A stretch of 64,000 nt of DNA from the human T2T-CHM13v2.0 reference genome, Homo sapiens. The stretch lies in NCBI RefSeq assembly GCF_009914755.1, contig NC_060934.1; one strand, written 5' to 3'. The first letter of the stretch is position 1. Each line of letters starts with the position of its first letter. Of this stretch, positions 32,560 through 64,000 are shown piece by piece. The position numbers and the translations under genes are program-made. Below the pieces are notes generated by a model. It worked only from the letters and a program-made list of their open reading frames with translations. It was not told the origin of the DNA and did no database searches.

Positions 32560-33050
32560 CTTCCTTCTAAATAATTTTCTAAGTTAATTGGAGAAAAAAC
32601 ATAATTAAATTTCCATCCCTTATTCTTGGACGAGATCAAAGCTTGACTTCTGTAGTTTTAAATTTGAAAAAAGGCACTTACTGGTCTAGTGCCTATTTAT
32701 TTGCACTTTCTGATTGCCTCATGAATATATGCCAGGAATTTTTTCACAGGAAAGCTGGTTTTTCCCCCTGCTGGTTGCCTCTTACAGCTAATTGTATTTA
32801 AGGGGGGAAATTAGATGTTTAGAAATGCTGATTGGCCCCGACTCATTAATAGGCCCTCCTTACTCTATTGTATCCGGTAGAAGAGTTATAAGTATGTCAT
32901 TCCCTCTCCTCTCTCTTTTAAAAGACTTTTGACAAAGACCAAGCCACAAGTACATACTGCAGATCATCAAAAGCCGGCACCAATTTGGCTAATGGTGTGT
33001 ACTTTGTTTTCAGATTCTCTTAATACTTTAAGCACTTAACTGGAGCCTAG
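32560..33050. promoter_or_regulatory. Candidate developmental enhancer
   Basis: No repeat recognised; TAATTA 32602-07, AGATCAAAG 32633-41, further TAAT, CCAAT and SOX-like motifs. Confidence 0.4.
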
Positions 33051-33402
33051 GTTCATTTTGAGCTCTAGCTTGTGGTTTCCAGGCAAAAGCAGCCCATCTG
33101 ACTTTTAGTGCCCTTGTCTGTGAGTTGATAAGACCGCCTGGAGTCTCTAAACTCCTTTAAGTGCTAAATGTCAAGCTGGAATTGGGTATCTCTGGCTGAA
33201 CAATGTGTGTTGTTTTAAAATGACTCCTTAATATGAAGAGGTTTCCAAGTGCATTAATGTCAGGGGTATTTAAACAGTTTAATGGGGGTATCTTTAAAAT
33301 GCCTTTTTGGTTGGCAACTTAATAATCTCCTTCTTGTTCAAATATTATTTTCACCACAGTACATCTGATACTCTCCGAAAGTTAAACAAGCCATTCAGGA
33401 AA

Positions 33403-57824
<24,422 letters not shown>

Positions 57825-59319
57825 AACCACAGAGATCTTGACTTGTATGGACTGAGATGAGGCTTCCATCAGCATCTCGCATAAATAACATAACACTGAT
57901 GCAGCAGATGAACATGGAATCAGTGACATCCACAAGGTAAGACCTTTTCTTCTTTGCCTTGGGCTCATCTAGACCCCTGTGGCAGGAGATTCTGAAGCGT
58001 GGAACATTACTGATTCTGAAATGATACAATTTATGCCCTGACTAAGCAAGGTCCACCTTTGGTTATAAACATTGGATCCATCATAAAGTTATTAAGCCAA
58101 GATCATGTTTTTGGACCCTGAAGAAGACAATAGGCTTGGAGGAGAAACAGACCTTGACTTCAAGACACAACGCAGAGGGAAATATCGCTGATACAAAGCT
58201 TGAAGATGATCATCTATGTACCCATCGGGACATTTTTAAAGGGACAAGTGGAATGAGCGAAGACTTTGAAGACAGTCTTGTCTGCCAGGCACTCAGATCA
58301 TCAGGAAGCAGAAAAGGAGATGCAAGATCAGGTTGAGAGGTATTTTGTGCAGGAATACACATTCAGTGTTATAATGTAATTGAAAAAGAGTCTATTTCAG
58401 AGGCATCAGCTTCACAGCCACCATGGTTTAACCTCACCTGTGGTGTGAGATGGACAGTGGGTATGGGTGGCCCCTCCTATGGGTGGGAAGCACAGTGATG
58501 TGTTGGGCACCTGAGCAGGGCTGCCAAGATTTTCTAAAGCATTCTGTGGACCATTCTGTGAGCCCCTACAAGGGGTTCTGAGCTCCTTGCCCTGGGATTT
58601 GATCCAATGGACCTATCTAACTGGTATCTCCAATGTCAGAGGTGAGTGAGAGCTTCTGTTTGTTTGAACTCTGCCTGACCTCAGTCTCAGTGCTTATTTT
58701 GAACCAGGAACTAAATGTAGAGGAAAAGTATGGAGGACAAAGTGCACAATTATTTTCTCTTGGACAGATCTTCGACGTCCTGCTTTTCCCTGGGGAGCAC
58801 TTTCCCTGGATGCAGGTAGACACAACTTCTTTCTCCTAATATGCCCACCCTGCATTCTCCCTTCGCCCTGGTCTTTTCTCATGATTTTGGGAAAGTTCCA
58901 GACAGTCTCTCTGACTGGCAGCAGGAAAAACACAGTGCAATATAATATATTGTGTATATTTAGCATGACGTGTAAATATTTTATAGAAGCTAAAGTAAAT
59001 AATATATATATTTGTAATGTCAGTGTAAATATTTGATAGGCTGCAGTAGGAATCCAGTATGTTTGGAGCTGGGCACAGCACCAGTGGGAGGAAGGGACAA
59101 GGTCAAATCAGAGGGCAACCTGTTCATGACGTATCTGAAAACATCTCTTTTTCTCCTTCTGCCTGGCTGCTGCTTTGAACGCTTGACTCTCAACATTCAA
59201 ATATTCTCACGTGAATTATCCACAGCAATTCAAGACCAAGCCCTATAGCTTTAGAGGCTGCTGGAAAGAGAGCAGCATGTAAGATCCTAAATAACTGGCT
59301 GAATTATATTTATTCATTT

Positions 59320-59460
59320 GTTGACTTGTTTACTGTCTATCTCATCCATACAATAGAAATTCCTGGAAGGCCCATCTTGCCTATTATCATATCTCCAGTG
59401 CATAAAACAGTTCCTGACACATAGTAGACACTCTGTAAATAATTCTGGACTGAATAAATG
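59320..59460 (+). mobile_element. L2 3' end
   Basis: acagttcctgacacatagtagacactc. Confidence 0.75.
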
Positions 59461-60654
59461 GTGAGATTTGATGCCAAACTGAGGAGAAAAAAACTGCAAC
59501 CCCAGCCCTCCCTGAAAGGGCCAACATTTTAAATCCATTAGTCATGCAAACCTTGAGGGTGAGTTTATTTAAATTAGTGATAAGAACTAGCTGAAGTTAG
59601 CTATGTGACAGGCTGATGTTGTTTCACTGGAAGGGGAAGAAGGTATTTGGGGCCCTAGGGCTCCACGGTGAGGTCCACGCCAGAAGAGTTGTCTAGGAGG
59701 CCATGGAGGTAGTGAGGGGCACAAGGCAGATGGGGATAAAGAAGCAGAAAATCTACAGCAGAAGATGAGAGGGAAGTGGAAGACACTAGAATATCTTTAC
59801 CACCTCCCAAATTTTCCAGGACAACCTCTTTACATGCATGACTATGAGTAAGTGTTTCAACATTAAATGCAACCTACTGTTAGCTTTCCCGGGACTAGTT
59901 ACCCAGAAGGTTTTACTTCATCTAAAATGCAACCAATAATAGCATTCATAGCAAATGCTTATGTTGTATTTACCCAGACACTATTCACATTGTTCTACAC
60001 GCATGAATGCATTTCACCCTTAGAACCCCCAAGTAGAGGAAAAAGAAATTCAGGAGATTATGTGACTGAATTATCTAGGGATGATCATGAGCTACGTTCC
60101 TTTCACCTGTGAGTATCAAATACTACTGGTGTCAGTAGAGGCAACATGTCCCTCTTTCTAGATGCTCCTCTTCCTGTGTGTGTTGTGTTGGGTTGTGGGG
60201 GAAGTCTTAGTGAGAAGTTCCTGGACTTAAGAAAGGTAGAGTAGCTCCCAGGTAAACAGAACCTGCTTGGAAACAGGTCTAATCTCTTACAAAATCACAG
60301 AGCCCAAAGAATGTAAAGGCCCTGAGAGGAACTAAGTCTAATAGCTCCACCGAGTGATGCACGGAGAGTTCCCGGAACAGTCCTTCAGCTTGCTGGCTGC
60401 ACAGGAAACTGTGTGATGTGTGCTGTACCCACATTTCTCATCTGTCCTCAGAACACAGTAAATATCAGCTGGCTTTGCTCATCGGAGAGGTGTGGGGTAT
60501 GGAAGGGACAAGAGAAGAGAGAAAGGGAGACAATAGAACAATAACTGATCTCTCCTTTCTGGTATTACTGTTATAACAGCACAATGGCAATTGAGCAATC
60601 AATTCCAAACTTTTAAAAGTCTTTTTCTTTTCTCAACTTAAAATCAAAGCTTGC

Positions 60655-60951
<297 letters not shown>

Positions 60952-62117
60952 TCAAAGCTTGAAGTTCTTACACCATGGCACCAGCAAAGACATGTGCTGT
61001 CTTGTCACTGTGCCCAATAGAACAGATGACTTCTTTCCCATATCCCACCCGATGATGTTCTGAGATGGTTTTGAAATGTTGTCTAGACCACAGTGGGCCT
61101 GTCTTACAAACCGCACCTCTGTCAGTGGTGTACCCACACCCGTGTCACTCTATCCGTGGCCCTGAAGTGCTGTGGATGAGGGCCACAAGTGAGCTAGATG
61201 TCTCAGAAGACAAAGAGAGAGGCACCTTGTGGGACAGTGTTTAAATATTCTCAGTGCCAGAGAGGAAGCTGGGACCCAGCAGAGGTCTGAGTTGACATGC
61301 TGGGCCCTCTCTAAGGCCAGCTGTTGGGGACCAGGTCCTCAAGTCCTGCCATTGAGACAAGGCAAACGGAACACATTTCCTCTTCTTTCCACATTTGTAC
61401 CAATAGCCTGGACTGAGTGTCGGGGTCATCTTGGTGCACGTTCAAGTCCTTCATTCTTGACAGGTGCTAACTCAGAGAACTCGGTGGGGCCCAGGTCCAA
61501 CACAGCCAGGTGAGCTGACTCCAGAGCCAGATCAGAGCTGGGCTTGGGAACCAAAATCCAAGCAATTTATTGAGTCCTCAAAGAAACACTGAACTTTATT
61601 TCACTGAACTACACTTGTAGACCAATGCATTGTAGTGGGACCTTCAGCACCATGGAATCAGACTCAGAGTGTTTCATTTTGTTTTCTTTTTCTAGTCTTA
61701 TTTTTTGCTTTGTCTTACTTTGACTAGCTTTGTTTCACCTTGTTAGGCAGAAAATTCAAGGAACAAGATGATTCCCTTTAGTTTGATATGGATAAATAAA
61801 CATTAAATGAGCAAACTACTGCTTGCTAGACTTATGTTGCCTCTGTGGATTGAGATATGAATCAAACATACATTCAACATTTATGTGGCAAGGACTAGAG
61901 AAAAAAAAAGTACACAAGGAGCAATAGGACAAGGAGAACAGGTTCCCAACCCAGACAGGAGAAACAGAAAAGCTACCTGGAGAGGTGACATTGACATTGA
62001 AGTTGACTGAGTTTCTGCAGTTGTATTTTTTAACCTGCAAGGCCATTGACAATGCAGAAGAACCCAGATTTCAAGAGAAACAGAGCTAGATTCAGACAAC
62101 ACCTCCACCACCACTTA

Positions 62118-62510
62118 CTGTCTGCATCAGTCAGGGTAAGCTACATGCTGTAACAAACAGCCCTCGAGAGCTAACCTAGGGCATGCTTATTTCTTGCTCA
62201 TAACACAGTCCAGTGCAATGCAGTGGGGTTCTGCTTCATATGGGCAGTCACGCTTCTTCTATGCTTTCTCCCATTCTAGGGCCTCATCTTCTTCAGCATT
62301 AAGTTATAGATGGGGGAAGGGGGAGATGGTAGAGAAGACCCATTTGCTTTTAAGCTGCCTCAGGCAAGAAGTGGCCTACATCTCTCCCACTCACTCTCCA
62401 TTGGTGAGAACCAGCCACATGGCCCTGCCTAGATGCCAGGGGACTAGAAGTGCAGTATAGCTGTGGGCCCAGGAAGGGGATATTAGTGAGTGTTAGCAAC
62501 CTCTGCCACA
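62118..62510 (-). mobile_element. Old MLT1 LTR
   Basis: ctacatgctgtaacaaac...ccattggtgagaaccagccacatggccc. Confidence 0.7.
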
Positions 62511-63439
62511 GCAGCCATATCAGATCAGTGAGGTTACCAAACCTCTGTGAATTCTGAATGCTGTCGCTGAAGCTGAGACCAGTTTCTATTGACTAGGTAA
62601 AGCAAAGACATGTATTTTTGGCCTCTGCACACTTCTTGGTGACTTGGGAGAACTTCAATCATATGCTGTCACCATCATAATCATCATCCGGTCAACAAGC
62701 ACATTGCCAGGCATGGTGCTGGTGTGGGAATACAGCTGTGGACCAGAGAGGTTGGGTCCCTGGCCTGATAGAGCTGAGAGGTATCACATCCTTAGACCAG
62801 AATATGACATATTGCAGGATTCTTGGTATTCTAACTTTGAGAAATCCTTTAGAGTGAATTTTATGTATATTGAGGGTGTAAAGTTCTTATACCTTTCTTT
62901 AAGCAGATGAATTCATGGTTGCCTCTAACCTCTGGGTCGCATGTGTTTTCTTGGAGCACTGAAATGTTGCTTTTTTTTTTTTCATGCCTGAGGGTAACAG
63001 AAGACCAGGTCATGAGGCATGACCTCGCCCTGCTATTTTGCTTCCAGAGTGTAAGGTCGTCTGCTATAAAATACTCCAGATATGTTTCTTGGTACAACAT
63101 GTCTTGAAAATTATATGCTTTCAACTTAAAGCATAATTGGGTACCAGAAACAAATGTTCGTGCTGCTTTATAACATGTTTCTCATAGCCTGTGGCCTTTT
63201 GTCCCAACTCCTCCCGCTCCATGAGGGCACAACTGTTTCAGAAAAGAGATTAAACCTCAAAAGAATCTGAGAGTAACCTTGGAGTGGCTACAGATTTTTC
63301 AGGAAAGCTCTGTCTCCATTGCAGGCTGGATAGTGTTACTCTGCACGACATTTGTCACTGAATCTGGAGTGGCTGTGTTTTTACAGACAATTGGGATTTT
63401 TTTTAAAAAAAGGAAAGATAAAATTTATGGATATCCCGT

Positions 63440-63850
63440 GGTCTTCCCAGTAGCCAGACAGCGATAATCTGACAATGCTAATCTTTAGCGTTAAGGGTTT
63501 GGAAACTACAGACTAGCCCTTTGGGAAACTGATAATAAAACATTTAAAAGAAATCAAAGAGCAAATATCAAACAAGCAATGCCTCTTCCATCATCTGTGC
63601 TGTTGTCTATGTAATCCTCCAAACTTTAGTTTGAGAGATCACTTGAAATTCTGGGAGTCTTTCAGGAGATTATCGGTATCAGTTAAGGCTTTGAAGTAGG
63701 GGCTGCTGGCATCTCATTACTGACAGAGATCAAAAACCAAAGCTGGAGTGCAGTCCCCGGCTGTAGGGCCTCATTCACACATCACAGACGCACTCAATTA
63801 TCAAAGTCCGGGACCGTCTTTATGTGATACCTGCTTAACCACAAATGGCC
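63440..63850. promoter_or_regulatory. Candidate developmental enhancer
   Basis: Clustered TAATCY, ATCAAAG, GATA, ACAATG and TGACAG motifs in DNA with no recognised repeat. Confidence 0.4.
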
Positions 63851-64000
63851 CTTCCTGCCTCCTGTGGCCTTTCGCTCCCTTGTTCTTGCCTCTTTCCTGC
63901 TTGTGCTAATTCCTTCTGCTTTTCCTAAATCAAGGAAATCTTAGAGATTGTAATGGCAGTCCTCTTCTAAGTGAGTAACGTATTTTTGACACTTGGAAAA

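Overview
Primate (human-like) genomic DNA, about half interspersed repeats: about 39 Alu copies or fragments, several MIR and L2 relics, four short L1 3' ends, many MaLR/ERV solo LTRs (MLT1, MST, two THE1, MER21A, LTR33- and LTR78-like, one ERV1-type) and DNA-transposon relics (MER5, MADE1, MADE2, HSMAR2 end). I recognise no known protein-coding gene, RNA gene or CpG island, and I cannot assign the locus. Most long ORFs in the supplied track derive from Alu or other repeats. Unexplained structure: (1) five plus-strand exon-like segments (33360-57936), picked by splice signals, that join in one frame into a 173-aa ORF; (2) a (TG)17-type 3' splice site; (3) a perfect six-unit heat-shock element at 3186-3215; (4) a six-copy ~43-bp minisatellite with helically phased TGAGGTCA sites alternating DR3/DR4 spacing; (5) an Alu + unique DNA + Alu-arm cassette bounded by one direct repeat inside an MLT1 LTR, possibly an Alu 3' transduction; (6) repeat-poor islands dense in TCF, SOX, homeodomain and GATA motifs that resemble developmental enhancers. 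Repeat family names come from recalled consensus sequences and boundaries are approximate; no database search was run.
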